The notes under the pieces are model-generated. The model was not told the origin of the DNA. It searched no databases and saw nothing but the letters and a program-made list of their open reading frames with translations. From Opitutales bacterium (lineage in GTDB: Bacteria > Verrucomicrobiota > Verrucomicrobiia > Opitutales > JAJFLR01), in NCBI GenBank assembly GCA_021772565.1, contig JAJFLR010000097.1, forward strand, positions 1,558 through 65,557: DNA of 64,000 bases, in the 5' to 3' direction. Shown here piece by piece: positions 39,287 to 50,281 of the stretch (positions are counted from its first letter, which is position 1; each line of letters begins with the position of its first letter). The translations under genes were made by a program, and so were the position numbers.

Positions 39287-40410
39287 TATTTAACATCTAA
39301 ATGGTCATTTCTATTTAATTGGTAAGCACTTGATATTTTTTCGAGATCATCGACAATTAAATCGACAGTATTATACCTATTGAGACGGTTTAAATTATAC
39401 CGTATTTTTCCGAGAAGCTCATCATTAAAAACCAAATCAATCACTTCATTTAATAATGTATCAATGTTTGATTGCTCAATCATGATGCATCCACCCTTTT
39501 GCTCCAGATAGCGAGCATTGGCAACTTGGTGATTTTCTGCAGCATACGGATATGGAATTAAAATCGAAGGTGTTTGGCAGCGGATCAGTTCTGCAATAGT
39601 GCTTGCTCCAGCCCTTGATAAAACTAAATCTGCACTGGATAATACAGTCCCTACATTGGCTGAAAACGGACAGTAAGTGAGTGTGACAGTTTTATTTTCT
39701 AATGAAGTTGTTCTTACCTGTCCTTTTTCGCCTTTGCCTAAACCGGTTATGCAGTAAACATTTAATCCCTCAGCGGCTAATGAATTAAAATTTAAATGCA
39801 CCCATTCATTCAATATTGATGCGCCCTGGCTGCCTCCAAGTACAACAATGACTTTACTATTTAAGCTCAAGGAAAGTTTAGTCCTGGCTTTTTCTTTTGA
39901 AATACGGCGTATATCTTTTCTTAGAGGTAATCCAAGATTCATAATTACTCCTGGATTAACACCTAATAATTTAATGCCTTCGGGTAGATAAATTCTTTTA
40001 GCAAAACTTCTGAACAACCTGACTGCTTTACCTGGTTTTCGATTTGCCTCGTGTAAGACTAATGGAATTTTAGTGAGTAAGTCTGCCAGTGCAATGCTAA
40101 TTGTAGCAAACCCTCCAAACGCAATAATCGTATCAGGTTTTTTTTGTCTAATTAATTTTAATGAAAATAATATTGCTTTGATTTGCTCAATGATAAATTT
40201 GCACAGTTGTTGTGGCTTTATTGAAAATCCAATACCGGGTGCAGCAATAAAATCAAGGTTTGGGTAATGTCGTTTTATTAATGTATCGACTTGTTTCTTG
40301 CTAGTGATAATCCAACATTGATGTCCCTTTTCTATCAATTTTTCCGCAATAGAAATACCTGGAGCTAGATGACCTCCCGATCCACCGCAAGATATAATAA
40401 AACCACTCAT
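39286..40410 (-). CDS. murG: Lipid II GlcNAc transferase
   Basis: GGSGGHLAP, HEAN, GGSQGA, RAGASTIAE, HQVANA. Confidence 0.96.
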   Translation of the reverse strand: MSGFIISCGGSGGHLAPGISIAEKLIEKGHQCWIITSKKQVDTLIKRHYPNLDFIAAPGIGFSIKPQQLCKFIIEQIKAILFSLKLIRQKKPDTIIAFGGFATISIALADLLTKIPLVLHEANRKPGKAVRLFRSFAKRIYLPEGIKLLGVNPGVIMNLGLPLRKDIRRISKEKARTKLSLSLNSKVIVVLGGSQGASILNEWVHLNFNSLAAEGLNVYCITGLGKGEKGQVRTTSLENKTVTLTYCPFSANVGTVLSSADLVLSRAGASTIAELIRCQTPSILIPYPYAAENHQVANARYLEQKGGCIMIEQSNIDTLLNEVIDLVFNDELLGKIRYNLNRLNRYNTVDLIVDDLEKISSAYQLNRNDHLDVK

Positions 40411-41564
40411 ATTTCAAAATGTTTTATCGAAATTTTATGACTCCAGTTTCTTATACAATTTAATATTATCCCAACTAGTATCGACATAGCAGCAATATTT
40501 GATCCTCCATAACTAATAAAAGGTAACGGAATACCTTTCGTCGGTAAACATCCGGTCACCACACCAAGATTGAAAAGTGCCTGAAGTGTTATTATCAATA
40601 CGGCTCCTGACATTAGAATATATTGGAACATATTTGTTGCGTTAGGCAGTTGGAGGATACAGATTATAAATATTGCTAGATAGGTAAGAACAATACCGGC
40701 GGTTGCGGCAAATCCGAGTTCCTCACCAATTACTGAAAAAATAAAATCGGTGTGTGCTTCAGGAATGTAAGCCAATTTTTGTCGACCAATTCCAAGACCT
40801 GTACCATATTCACCACCTAGTCCAAGTGCTAATATGCCTTGCCATAACTGATGTGCCCCGTCAGTTCTATGACTGTCAATATCAATAAATGCACTAATTC
40901 TATCTAATCGTTCCGGATTTTTTGAAACAGCTGTTATAAAAATTGTTGCTGCCAGTAGAATCATTATTAATAAATGAAATTTTCTAACACCGGCAAAAAA
41001 TAGCATTATCATTGAGACGGAACCAATAAGAATAGCAGTTCCCATATCCGGCTGTATAAAAATTAAACCAAAAAATGTACCGACTATTGCCAAAGGATAA
41101 ATAAAGCCATAGGTAAATTTTTTAATATTTCTATGATTGCTTGCCAAATAGTGTGCTAATAAAAATATCAATCCTATTTTTGCAAACTCAGAAACCTGTA
41201 TTCTGATTCCCGGTAAATTAAGCCAGCGTTGTGCTCCATTTACTTTTACACCCAGAGGGGTGTATAAAACTAATAACAATAAAGTTACTATTACAGTTGC
41301 CTGTAGCCATGCGTATTTTCTGAAATTATCTAAATTTATAGTGTAGGTCAATGAACCCAATGTAATTGCCAGAATTATCCAGCAAATCTGCTTCATCATT
41401 AGATTTCTAGAATGTATAGAATCAGCCTGGCTGACACTGTATAGTGCCGTTAGGCCAAGTAGTGTCAAACTGATTACAGTGAGCAGAATCAGAATAAGCG
41501 GGCCATTTTTTCTCAGTGAATTTAGCCAGTCATAATTTCCGCTTTCTATGGCATGGCTTGTCAT
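40407..41564 (-). CDS. ftsW: SEDS peptidoglycan polymerase FtsW
   Basis: NGAQRW, QVSEFAK, QPDMGT, PEAHTDFIF, PTKGIPLPFISYGGS. Confidence 0.95.
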   Translation of the reverse strand: MTSHAIESGNYDWLNSLRKNGPLILILLTVISLTLLGLTALYSVSQADSIHSRNLMMKQICWIILAITLGSLTYTINLDNFRKYAWLQATVIVTLLLLVLYTPLGVKVNGAQRWLNLPGIRIQVSEFAKIGLIFLLAHYLASNHRNIKKFTYGFIYPLAIVGTFFGLIFIQPDMGTAILIGSVSMIMLFFAGVRKFHLLIMILLAATIFITAVSKNPERLDRISAFIDIDSHRTDGAHQLWQGILALGLGGEYGTGLGIGRQKLAYIPEAHTDFIFSVIGEELGFAATAGIVLTYLAIFIICILQLPNATNMFQYILMSGAVLIITLQALFNLGVVTGCLPTKGIPLPFISYGGSNIAAMSILVGIILNCIRNWSHKISIKHFEI

Positions 41565-42697
41565 TTTAATACTTCAGAATTCGATTCATCGGCTGGAATT
41601 ACCGGTTCGTTATCACTACCTTCTTCTTTTTCCAATAAAGATTTTAGATCCTCAACTGTGGGGGTATCATTATTCTCAGAATCAGAAGATTCCTCTTCAA
41701 AAATAACTTCTTCGAATTCAACATTCTCTACGTTTTCCTCTTCTACTTCGGGCACAACATTTGAACTTTCTACTTTATTTCCTGGAATTTTTAATTTTTG
41801 ACCAATCTGTAATTTTTTTGGATTTTCTATATTATTAATAGCCACTAAATCTTCTAATTTTACATTTAATCTATTGGCTATGTTTACTAACGCATCTCCG
41901 GAATTTACAATGTAATAACCATCTTCTGTAATTGTTTCAACAGCAACATCAGGTTCTGTTTCCTCAGCTAAACTAATACTATAAACACCAGGTATAACTA
42001 ATTTTTGCCCGGTTTTGATTAAATCGTTCAACAAGTTGTTTGCCCGCTTAATATCTTTGACGCTAGTGTTATAACGTTTGGAAATTTTTGATAATGATTC
42101 ACCTTTTATAACATTATGAATAATTCCATCATTTAATGGTTTAGTTGATTCAGTTACTTCTGACCGATATTTTGGTATAGAAATCAATTGACCCACATTT
42201 ATTATAGAATCTTTTGTTAGATTATTTTCTTCCAAAATAGCATTTAAACTTACGTTATGTTTTTTGGCTATTTTCCACAAGCTATCACCTTTTCGAACTT
42301 TATATGATACCATATTGACTTCATCTTCAATAGATTCAGTCACCGGGAAATCTAATGGTTCGAGGACTTCGGTATTTTCATCATCTACATATTGTTCTTC
42401 ATCATTGTCTTCTGTTTCGGGTTTGTATGTCCAACTTGGGCGAGTTGGTGGATATCTATTTTTACTGCTTGATACTTTCTTACTTTTTTGCGTTTCGAAT
42501 CCTGCATTAAAATCAGGGTGTAGCTCTTTTTTTTCTATTTCTACTACTGGTTCATCGGAAACCTTTGTTTGATCTGGCGAGGTTCCTGAGTGCTGATTAT
42601 TTGCTGTCTGGCATCCTGGTTGAACTAGTAGGATACCTATTCCTAATACATGCAGCAGTGCTACTAGACCAAATATTTTTGTTAATTTTAATTTCAT
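41561..42697 (-). CDS. LysM-domain protein (3 LysM) with N-terminal membrane anchor
   Basis: YKVRKGDSLWKIA, HNVIKGESLSKIS, YIVNSGDALVNIA. Confidence 0.9.
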   Translation of the reverse strand: MKLKLTKIFGLVALLHVLGIGILLVQPGCQTANNQHSGTSPDQTKVSDEPVVEIEKKELHPDFNAGFETQKSKKVSSSKNRYPPTRPSWTYKPETEDNDEEQYVDDENTEVLEPLDFPVTESIEDEVNMVSYKVRKGDSLWKIAKKHNVSLNAILEENNLTKDSIINVGQLISIPKYRSEVTESTKPLNDGIIHNVIKGESLSKISKRYNTSVKDIKRANNLLNDLIKTGQKLVIPGVYSISLAEETEPDVAVETITEDGYYIVNSGDALVNIANRLNVKLEDLVAINNIENPKKLQIGQKLKIPGNKVESSNVVPEVEEENVENVEFEEVIFEEESSDSENNDTPTVEDLKSLLEKEEGSDNEPVIPADESNSEVLK

Positions 42698-42728
42698 ATC
42701 AATCTTTCCTCCGTTATTTTATGTTAAA

Positions 42729-44021
42729 TTAATTTTTAAAATTTTGTATTGTTTTAATAAAGCATTCGCCCCTTGCTCCGAAGCTTGAGAACATATCAAG
42801 ACTAGAGAACCCGGGACTGAGTAAAACATTATCTCCGGTCACTGCGCTTCCATAAGCACTTAACACAGCATCCGGTAAATTATTTAATATTTTAATCTCA
42901 ATAGATTTGTTAATTGATTTTATAATCTCTGCAAGGTCTTTAGCTGTTTCACCAATTAAAAATGCAGATTTTATTGATTTGGTAATTTCGTTTGCAAAAA
43001 ATTCCAAATTTCCCTCTTTGGATTTACCTCCTCCTATCCACACTAGCGGATGCTTAAAAGATTTTATTGCCGCAATTGCTGCAGAAAAATTTGTCGCTTT
43101 CGAGTCATTCCAAAACTTTATTCCTTTATAATCTGTTACAAAATTTAAACGATGTTTTGGAATTTTGAATGTCTGCACCGCTTTAATAAAAAAATGCATC
43201 GGCAGATTTATTTTTTTCCAGTATTTTAACGCTATTAATAAATTTTCTTTCTGTGGTGCTTTTACAAGTGGAGACTGACAAATTTGGTTATTTGTTATAG
43301 GATCATTTGTGGATATTGTCTCTAAATTATCAGGGAATTCTAATTTAAAATTCGTAGCATTATTGAGAACTGATTGCGTTGTAATTAGCGGGTTACTGTT
43401 CAGCCTATCAACTAGATTCCACTTTGCCTGGAAATATGATTTTAATGTTTGGTGGCACTCAAGATGATCATCCTCAAAATTGGTCCATAAAACAGCATTT
43501 GGGTTAAGGTACTTTAGGCTTTCTGCCTGAAATGAACTTACTTCGCATACGGCAGTTAAATTTCGAGTGTCATCTTCATTGCAAAAATTTATCATTGGTA
43601 TTCCTACATTTCCTGCTGCTACAGATTTGATGCCGGCTATATTCAGAGCGTGATTTAAAAAAAGTGTCAGTGATGATTTTCCATTTGTTCCGGTTACAGC
43701 AATTATTTTTCCTTTAAAAAATATTGAAGCCAAATCAAGTTCCGAGATAGATTTCAGACCTACGCTCTTAGCTGTCTTACGCCATGAATGGTTATCCAGA
43801 AATCCTGGACTGTAGATGACTAAATTATGATCATCGGCTGTATTTTCAGTAAAAGCTTTTCTTTGTCCAATCTCAGGTGATTCATCGTAGCATATGGATT
43901 TAATGCCCTTATTATCTAAAAATTTTTTTACTACTTTTCCCGTTATGCCATTGCCAAAGATTGCCACCGGTTTGCCGGTCATTAAATGTAATATTTTATT
44001 CTGCTCAAAATTATCGATCAT
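42729..44021 (-). CDS. murD: UDP-MurNAc-L-Ala--D-Glu ligase
   Basis: YSPG, TGTNGKSS, EVSSFQ, NDSKATN, LLSPGFSSLD. Confidence 0.95.
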   Translation of the reverse strand: MIDNFEQNKILHLMTGKPVAIFGNGITGKVVKKFLDNKGIKSICYDESPEIGQRKAFTENTADDHNLVIYSPGFLDNHSWRKTAKSVGLKSISELDLASIFFKGKIIAVTGTNGKSSLTLFLNHALNIAGIKSVAAGNVGIPMINFCNEDDTRNLTAVCEVSSFQAESLKYLNPNAVLWTNFEDDHLECHQTLKSYFQAKWNLVDRLNSNPLITTQSVLNNATNFKLEFPDNLETISTNDPITNNQICQSPLVKAPQKENLLIALKYWKKINLPMHFFIKAVQTFKIPKHRLNFVTDYKGIKFWNDSKATNFSAAIAAIKSFKHPLVWIGGGKSKEGNLEFFANEITKSIKSAFLIGETAKDLAEIIKSINKSIEIKILNNLPDAVLSAYGSAVTGDNVLLSPGFSSLDMFSSFGARGECFIKTIQNFKN

Positions 44022-45118
44022 CTTATTTTCAAAGTAGCTAAACCTGTAATGGCAAATATTAATGAGAGTATCCAGAATCGAGTGACAACCTGAGTTTCTG
44101 CCCAGCCTAAAAGTTCAAAATGATGATGTATCGGCGCCATTTTAAAAACGCGTTTACGAAATGTTTTAAATGAAGCGACTTGAATAATAACTGATAATGC
44201 TTCTACAACAAAAATTCCTCCGACTAAAATGAGTGTGATAGGTTGATGAACCATAAATGCAACAACGCCAATTAACCCACCAAGAGCCAATGAGCCGGTG
44301 TCTCCCATGAAGATCATTGCCGGGTGCGCATTATACCACAGAAAAGTGAGACTTGCTCCAACTAAGGCAAAGCAGACAATTGCAAGTTCTCCGGAACCGG
44401 AAAGATAACTGATAAATAAATATTTAGCTATTATCATATGCCCGGTAGCATAAGCCATTACACCGTAGACCAGTGCAACAGTAATCGTGCAGCCTATTGC
44501 TAAACCATCTACGCCATCTGTCAGGTTAATCGCATTGCTCGATCCCGCTAATACAAAAAAGAAAAATAATATCAGAAACCAGATCGGCATACTAACGATT
44601 ACAGGTGATTTGAAAAATGGAATCCATAGTTCCTTAATTTGGCTTCCGGTAACCTCATTGGATAACAACACCGTAATTGCTATAATTGAAATAATTGCCT
44701 GACTAAATAATTTAACTTTTCCCGATAGTCCGTTGCTATTTCCTTTTGATATTTTTAAGTAATCATCGCAGATTCCTAATATCGTCAAAGTTGTATAAAC
44801 AAATAATGCAACAATGATATAAACATTCGGTTTTGCCCATAGGAGAACACTTGTTGTGACTGCGACATAAATAATTAAACCACCCATTGTCGGAGTGTCC
44901 TTTTTGGATGAATGCATATCTGCTAACTTGCCAACCTCATTTGCATTGCGCATAGTTTGCACCATTTTAAGGTTTCGTAGTTTTTTTAATATCAATGGAG
45001 CACAGGCAAATCCAATAAGTAATGCCGTTACGGCAGCCATAAAACTGCGAAGCGTTATGTAGCGAAACATTCTGAACGGCCCAAATATATTTTCAAATTC
45101 TGCCAAATAGCTCAACAT
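44018..45118 (-). CDS. mraY: Phospho-MurNAc-pentapeptide transferase
   Basis: TPTMGG, DDYLK, NLTDGVDGL, FMGDTGS, MAPIHHHFE. Confidence 0.97.
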   Translation of the reverse strand: MLSYLAEFENIFGPFRMFRYITLRSFMAAVTALLIGFACAPLILKKLRNLKMVQTMRNANEVGKLADMHSSKKDTPTMGGLIIYVAVTTSVLLWAKPNVYIIVALFVYTTLTILGICDDYLKISKGNSNGLSGKVKLFSQAIISIIAITVLLSNEVTGSQIKELWIPFFKSPVIVSMPIWFLILFFFFVLAGSSNAINLTDGVDGLAIGCTITVALVYGVMAYATGHMIIAKYLFISYLSGSGELAIVCFALVGASLTFLWYNAHPAMIFMGDTGSLALGGLIGVVAFMVHQPITLILVGGIFVVEALSVIIQVASFKTFRKRVFKMAPIHHHFELLGWAETQVVTRFWILSLIFAITGLATLKIR

Positions 45119-46551
45119 GCTTCTTCTAGTTTTCGAAAGTGTTCAATTGATAATTCTGATAAAGCGTCTTCTAATCTATAGATTCGACTTCCTTTAACTA
45201 GAACGGCGCCTTGAAAATTTTCTATTTCTGTGACTGCATCTTTCAAATCATCTACAATCTTAATTTGATTTTCATCAGCATTTTTTTCAAGCATACCCAG
45301 TTTAAAATCATTGGAATTTTCACCAATCAGGACAACTTTGTCTTGAGGTCGCAGCTCTAATTTGTTTCCTGTTTCCTGGTGTAATATAGATGAGTCTTTG
45401 CCAAGCTCAGACATTGAACCGAGCAAATAAAGACGTGGGGATGGATTGGAAAATGTATTATGAAATGCCTCAAATGCATCTGACATTGAAGCGGGATTTG
45501 CATTGTAACAGTCCACATAAAATTGTTTTCCGTTAAATCTAAAAATTTCACCCCGATGTTTTGCAGGCTTCCACTGAATCAATCTTTTTTGGATTTTGTG
45601 CTGATCTATGCCAAATATTGTTGCCAGTGTGATTGCCATTACAGTGTTACGCATCATTCCCGGACTCATAAACGGAATAAAATATTTTTGATCGGAGTAA
45701 GGCGACTGCTGGAATTTCAACAAGCAGCCGCCATCCGGTCTTCTAGGTATTGTCTCTGTCTGGTAGTTTACTATAGAATTTGATTTCGCTTCATCATAAT
45801 CGTGAGCGGAAATTATTAATTTATTTGATGTAATTGTTTCAAAAACAGGATGTGCTAAACATTCTTCCGGAAGAAGTGACCATCCGTTTAAACGAGTATT
45901 CAGCGCCAGTTTAGATTTTTCTTCGGCAATTGCTTCGATTGACCCTAGTCCTTCCAAATGAGATTTCGCCAATTTTGTTGTGATTGAAGCAGTCGGACTA
46001 ATAATTTTTGTTAATGCCTCAATTTCTCCCGGCGAATTGGTTCCGACTTCTATAACTGCATACTTATGCACCTGAGTGTTAATATTTAACAGTGATAGCG
46101 GCACACCGATATGATTATTGTAATTTCCCTGCGTTTTGCAAACTACGTCATCGTCGAGTAAAAGAGACAACATTTCCTTGGTTGAAGTCTTTCCGCAGCT
46201 GCCCGTTATGCCAATAACGTGACCATCAAAATGCTGTCTATGCCGTGCGGCAATTTTTTGGAGTGAATTGAGTGGATCTTCTACCACTAATTGTGGCAGG
46301 TCTAAGGTCTCATTAAAATTTTTAACAATAGCACCAATGGCACCATTTTTCTTTGCGTGTGAAACAAATTCATGTCCATCTCGCTTATCAGTTTTAAGAG
46401 CAATAAAAAGTTCGTTTGGTCTAATTATTCTGGAATCAAAACTAATTCCGGCAACTTTATCCGGCATTCCATTATGCCATTCTCCTGATGAAATATTTTT
46501 CAACAAATTTGCATCAATTGTAATGTAACTATTTTTTAATTCGTTTATCAT
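45112..46551 (-). CDS. murF: UDP-MurNAc-tripeptide--D-Ala-D-Ala ligase
   Basis: TGSCGKTSTKE, NNHIGVP, DCYNANPASM, VKGSR. Confidence 0.96.
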   Translation of the reverse strand: MINELKNSYITIDANLLKNISSGEWHNGMPDKVAGISFDSRIIRPNELFIALKTDKRDGHEFVSHAKKNGAIGAIVKNFNETLDLPQLVVEDPLNSLQKIAARHRQHFDGHVIGITGSCGKTSTKEMLSLLLDDDVVCKTQGNYNNHIGVPLSLLNINTQVHKYAVIEVGTNSPGEIEALTKIISPTASITTKLAKSHLEGLGSIEAIAEEKSKLALNTRLNGWSLLPEECLAHPVFETITSNKLIISAHDYDEAKSNSIVNYQTETIPRRPDGGCLLKFQQSPYSDQKYFIPFMSPGMMRNTVMAITLATIFGIDQHKIQKRLIQWKPAKHRGEIFRFNGKQFYVDCYNANPASMSDAFEAFHNTFSNPSPRLYLLGSMSELGKDSSILHQETGNKLELRPQDKVVLIGENSNDFKLGMLEKNADENQIKIVDDLKDAVTEIENFQGAVLVKGSRIYRLEDALSELSIEHFRKLEEAC

Positions 46552-48147
46552 TTAGACGTATTCGTAGTTATTAGAAAATTTATTTTCGATTAGTTCGTGT
46601 GCAATGAGACGATCATCAAACGGTTCAACAACTGAATTTATTTCCTGATATGTCTCATGTCCTTTACCGGCAATTAGTATACAGTCACCACTTTTTGCAG
46701 CATCAATAGCCGATTTTATTGCCCATCTTCGGTCTTCTTCAAAAATGATTCTGTTACTATCTGTAAGCCCTTCTTTCATGTCATTAAAAATTGACGCTAT
46801 TGACTCATTCCTCGGATTATCCGAAGTAGCCCACGCTAAATCAGCATATTGCTGAACTGCCTTTGTCATTAACGGCCTTTTTTTTCGATCTCTGTTTCCA
46901 CCACATCCAAAGATTACAATTAATTTTCCCGCTGTGATTTCTCGTAACATCGACAATGTATTTTTTAACGCATCATCAGTATGAGCATAATCAACTAATA
47001 CGTTATAAGGCTGACCGGCTGACACGGGTTCCATTCTTCCCGGCACGCCCTGAAAATCTTTCAAATATTGCACAGATTCACTAACGTCTATGCCTAAAGT
47101 ATAACAAATCGCCAGGGCCGCCAAAATATTACTCACATTATATTTGCCCAGCATTGATGTCATTACTGTTGTATTTCCATCCGGCCAGGTAACATTGAAT
47201 GTCACTCCATTATCACTGAACTTAATATCAGACCCAAATATTGTCGCGGCTTTTGTCATTCCAAAAGTCACCAAATTGACATCATTTGGGATGAGGTCTA
47301 ATAACTTATCCGAGTAATTATCATCAATATTTATTACAGCATTTTGTGGTTTATGTCCCGTTTCACCGGTGAACAATTTACTCTTAACAGTAAAATATTC
47401 TTCGAAGGTTTTATGATAATCGATATGGTCACGAGTTAAATTTAAAAACGCTGCGATATTAAAGTTAATGTCATTTACTCTGGCTTGATCAATACCGTGA
47501 GAACTCACCTCCATAACAGCATGGGTGCAATTGTTTGACTTTATTTGCGAAAGTATCTTGTGAATTTCTATTGCTTCAGGAGTTGTGTGATCTGCCGGTA
47601 ATGATTTATTGCCCAGTGCATATTTTATTGTTCCTATCATTCCGGTTTTTTTACTGGCACTGTTTAAAATGTGATGTACCAGATAGGTCACGGTTGTTTT
47701 CCCATTTGTGCCGGTGATACCAATCATATTTAAAGACTGATCCGGATAATTATAGAATCGTTGTGCGATAGTGCCTAAAGTAACTCGACAATCTTCAACT
47801 TGAATTACCGGAACTTTTTTATCGGAAATTTCTTGATCTGTTATGATGGCGACTGCACCTCTATAAATTGCTTCATCAATAAATTTATTACCATCAAACC
47901 TGCTGCCTTTTATTGCAAAGTATAAACTGCCGGGAGTTATTTTTATACTGTTAGTGCAAAGATTATCAACATTGCATTCCAGACTGCCGTTAGAATGAAT
48001 TATCGATAAATCATTCAAGAGTATTTTTAAGTTTTGATTATTATTATTGAAATAATTTTTATTTTGACTCAACAAATTGAGCGTGTACGAGAGCAATACC
48101 GGCGACGCATTCAATAGTTTAATTCCCTGTAACATCGGACTTATCAT
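46552..48147 (-). CDS. murE: UDP-MurNAc-dipeptide--meso-DAP ligase
   Basis: TGTNGKTT, MEVSSH, DYAHT, DNPR (meso-DAP type), AGKGHE. Confidence 0.96.
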   Translation of the reverse strand: MISPMLQGIKLLNASPVLLSYTLNLLSQNKNYFNNNNQNLKILLNDLSIIHSNGSLECNVDNLCTNSIKITPGSLYFAIKGSRFDGNKFIDEAIYRGAVAIITDQEISDKKVPVIQVEDCRVTLGTIAQRFYNYPDQSLNMIGITGTNGKTTVTYLVHHILNSASKKTGMIGTIKYALGNKSLPADHTTPEAIEIHKILSQIKSNNCTHAVMEVSSHGIDQARVNDINFNIAAFLNLTRDHIDYHKTFEEYFTVKSKLFTGETGHKPQNAVINIDDNYSDKLLDLIPNDVNLVTFGMTKAATIFGSDIKFSDNGVTFNVTWPDGNTTVMTSMLGKYNVSNILAALAICYTLGIDVSESVQYLKDFQGVPGRMEPVSAGQPYNVLVDYAHTDDALKNTLSMLREITAGKLIVIFGCGGNRDRKKRPLMTKAVQQYADLAWATSDNPRNESIASIFNDMKEGLTDSNRIIFEEDRRWAIKSAIDAAKSGDCILIAGKGHETYQEINSVVEPFDDRLIAHELIENKFSNNYEYV

Positions 48148-49925
48148 AGTTCAATCTTCCATGCTAAAATGTTATCATCTTTTCTTTCCGGCTCTTTAAT
48201 TGCCATATATGAAATTAATTGTTCAGCGATATTTTTAAAAGCGGGTGCAGCAAATTTCCCTCCATAACCAGCACCATCAGATTTTGGTTCATCGATAAAA
48301 ACTGATATAACCAGTCTGGGTTTTGTGGCTGGAAAAAATCCTACAAATGATGCAATATGCTTTTCGCTGGTATATTCACCGTTGACTAATTTTCGAGTGG
48401 TTCCTGTTTTTCCGGCTACCTGAAATCCGGGAATATTTGCTTTCGGAGCCGTTCCCCCGGTTTCAACTGTTTTCATTAAAATATTAGACATTATTTTAGC
48501 AGTATGGGCACTGATAACTTTTCTAATAGCAGCGGGTTTTGCCAATCCAACTCTGTTTTTGTTTTCATCGTAAAGTTGTCGTGAAATAATTGGAGTCATT
48601 AGCACTCCTTCGTTAGCTATTACTGAGTATGCCATATGAATTTGCATAGGAGTGGCCGCTATACTATAGCCTATCGGCATACGGCTTATTGTTAGAGCAT
48701 CCCATTTGTCTACTGGGTGCAAAATTCCCTTTTCTTCAATGCCAGGGGAAAAGCCTGTGGCACGACCAAACCCAAATTCTTTTGCATAGTGATATAATCT
48801 TTTTTCTCCTAGCCTTATGCCAACTTGGGATGTCCCCCTATTACTTGATTTACTCAGAATTTGCCAGACAGGCAGTTTTTCAAATTGTTTGTGGTCCGTA
48901 GGTAATTTTAGTTTTTTTCCTTTATAAACTGCAGTTGGATTTGCACAGTTAAATATCATTTCCGGTTGAACCACCTGATCCTCAATTGCACCGCTAATTA
49001 CAACTGACTTAAAAGTTGATCCGGGTTCAATCACATCTGCTATTGCCCGATTGCGCATTTCATTCAAAGAGTATTTTCTAAATTTATTTGGGTTAAATGT
49101 TGGATAGTTGGCTAACCCTAAAATAAAGCCTGTTGACGGATCACTAACGATGATGGTTGCTGATTTAGGCGTATAGTTATCACTAATTACTACGAGCTCG
49201 CTCTCTACAATATTTTGAATTACTCGATCTATTGTGAGTCCAATATCCCATCCATTTGACGAATTAATTTCCCTGCTGCGAAATTGACTCAGTTCATTTC
49301 TTTTTCCATCGCGTTCTGTTTCGTACCAACCTCTATGACCTTGTAGAAATTTATTAAAGAAACGTTCAACACCGATTACCGGTGTACCTTCATTGTTAAC
49401 AAAACCAATAATGTGGGAAGCTAAAGATTCATTGGGATAGTAGCGTATATGTTTTCTGTTCCCATAAATCCCTTTAATTTTTAATGCCAGAATTTTATTA
49501 TACGTGTCGTTATCAATTTTGTCTGCAATTTTTCGCCACTGAATTAACTTAACCTTCTTTTGGTTTTGATTTAACTTCCAGGATTTTGTTGTTACTTTCT
49601 CTGTAATTTCATCTAGTGGAATAGCTAAAATATCAGCTAATTGGGGTAGCTTTACTTCATCTTCATTTTTAAAAGTTTGTGGATCAACTCCCAACTCTAC
49701 AAAACTGTGAGTAGTCGCCAATAAGTTACCTCTTGAATCTAGAATATTCCCACGTTTAGTATCTTTTACAACTATGCTGTGATGATTATTTTTGGCAATT
49801 TCTGCAAGTTCGTTTTTCGTAATTATTTGAATATAGACTAAGCGTATGAGCAATACAGAAAAACATAGCGATACTGTAGTAACTATAAACCTGATGCGCC
49901 ATGACTGTATGTTTATATTTTTCAT
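48144..49925 (-). CDS. ftsI: Class B penicillin-binding protein FtsI
   Basis: RGNILD, EPGSTFK (SxxK), SSN (SxN), KTGT. Confidence 0.95.
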   Translation of the reverse strand: MKNINIQSWRIRFIVTTVSLCFSVLLIRLVYIQIITKNELAEIAKNNHHSIVVKDTKRGNILDSRGNLLATTHSFVELGVDPQTFKNEDEVKLPQLADILAIPLDEITEKVTTKSWKLNQNQKKVKLIQWRKIADKIDNDTYNKILALKIKGIYGNRKHIRYYPNESLASHIIGFVNNEGTPVIGVERFFNKFLQGHRGWYETERDGKRNELSQFRSREINSSNGWDIGLTIDRVIQNIVESELVVISDNYTPKSATIIVSDPSTGFILGLANYPTFNPNKFRKYSLNEMRNRAIADVIEPGSTFKSVVISGAIEDQVVQPEMIFNCANPTAVYKGKKLKLPTDHKQFEKLPVWQILSKSSNRGTSQVGIRLGEKRLYHYAKEFGFGRATGFSPGIEEKGILHPVDKWDALTISRMPIGYSIAATPMQIHMAYSVIANEGVLMTPIISRQLYDENKNRVGLAKPAAIRKVISAHTAKIMSNILMKTVETGGTAPKANIPGFQVAGKTGTTRKLVNGEYTSEKHIASFVGFFPATKPRLVISVFIDEPKSDGAGYGGKFAAPAFKNIAEQLISYMAIKEPERKDDNILAWKIEL

Positions 49926-50281
49926 TAATTTTGTACTGCAGCCATATTAATGGTTTTCTTAATGATTTTTGGCCCGTTAAAACTTAAATTTATTATTTGA
50001 TTATTTTCAGGGGGTTGTAAGTTCAGTTTTAATGATTTTGATCGAGCTATTAAATTTTTGGGACTTTCTGCTGTGGCAATTTTTGAGTCAATTTGCTGAA
50101 CATCTTTGTACGAACGACTTATAGAGCGTTCCAAATTTTTTATGTTTTCTGCTGACTGAGAAATATTATTTCGAATCTTAATAATGTACAATCCACCACC
50201 AGTCATTATCAGTAGATTCAGCACTACGAGACCAAAGAACAGATAAAGTATGATGGTTTTTTTATTAGGTTTTTTATTCAT
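49925..50281 (-). CDS. ftsL: FtsL-like cell division protein
   Basis: Single TM plus coiled coil, between rsmH and ftsI. Confidence 0.65.
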   Translation of the reverse strand: MNKKPNKKTIILYLFFGLVVLNLLIMTGGGLYIIKIRNNISQSAENIKNLERSISRSYKDVQQIDSKIATAESPKNLIARSKSLKLNLQPPENNQIINLSFNGPKIIKKTINMAAVQN

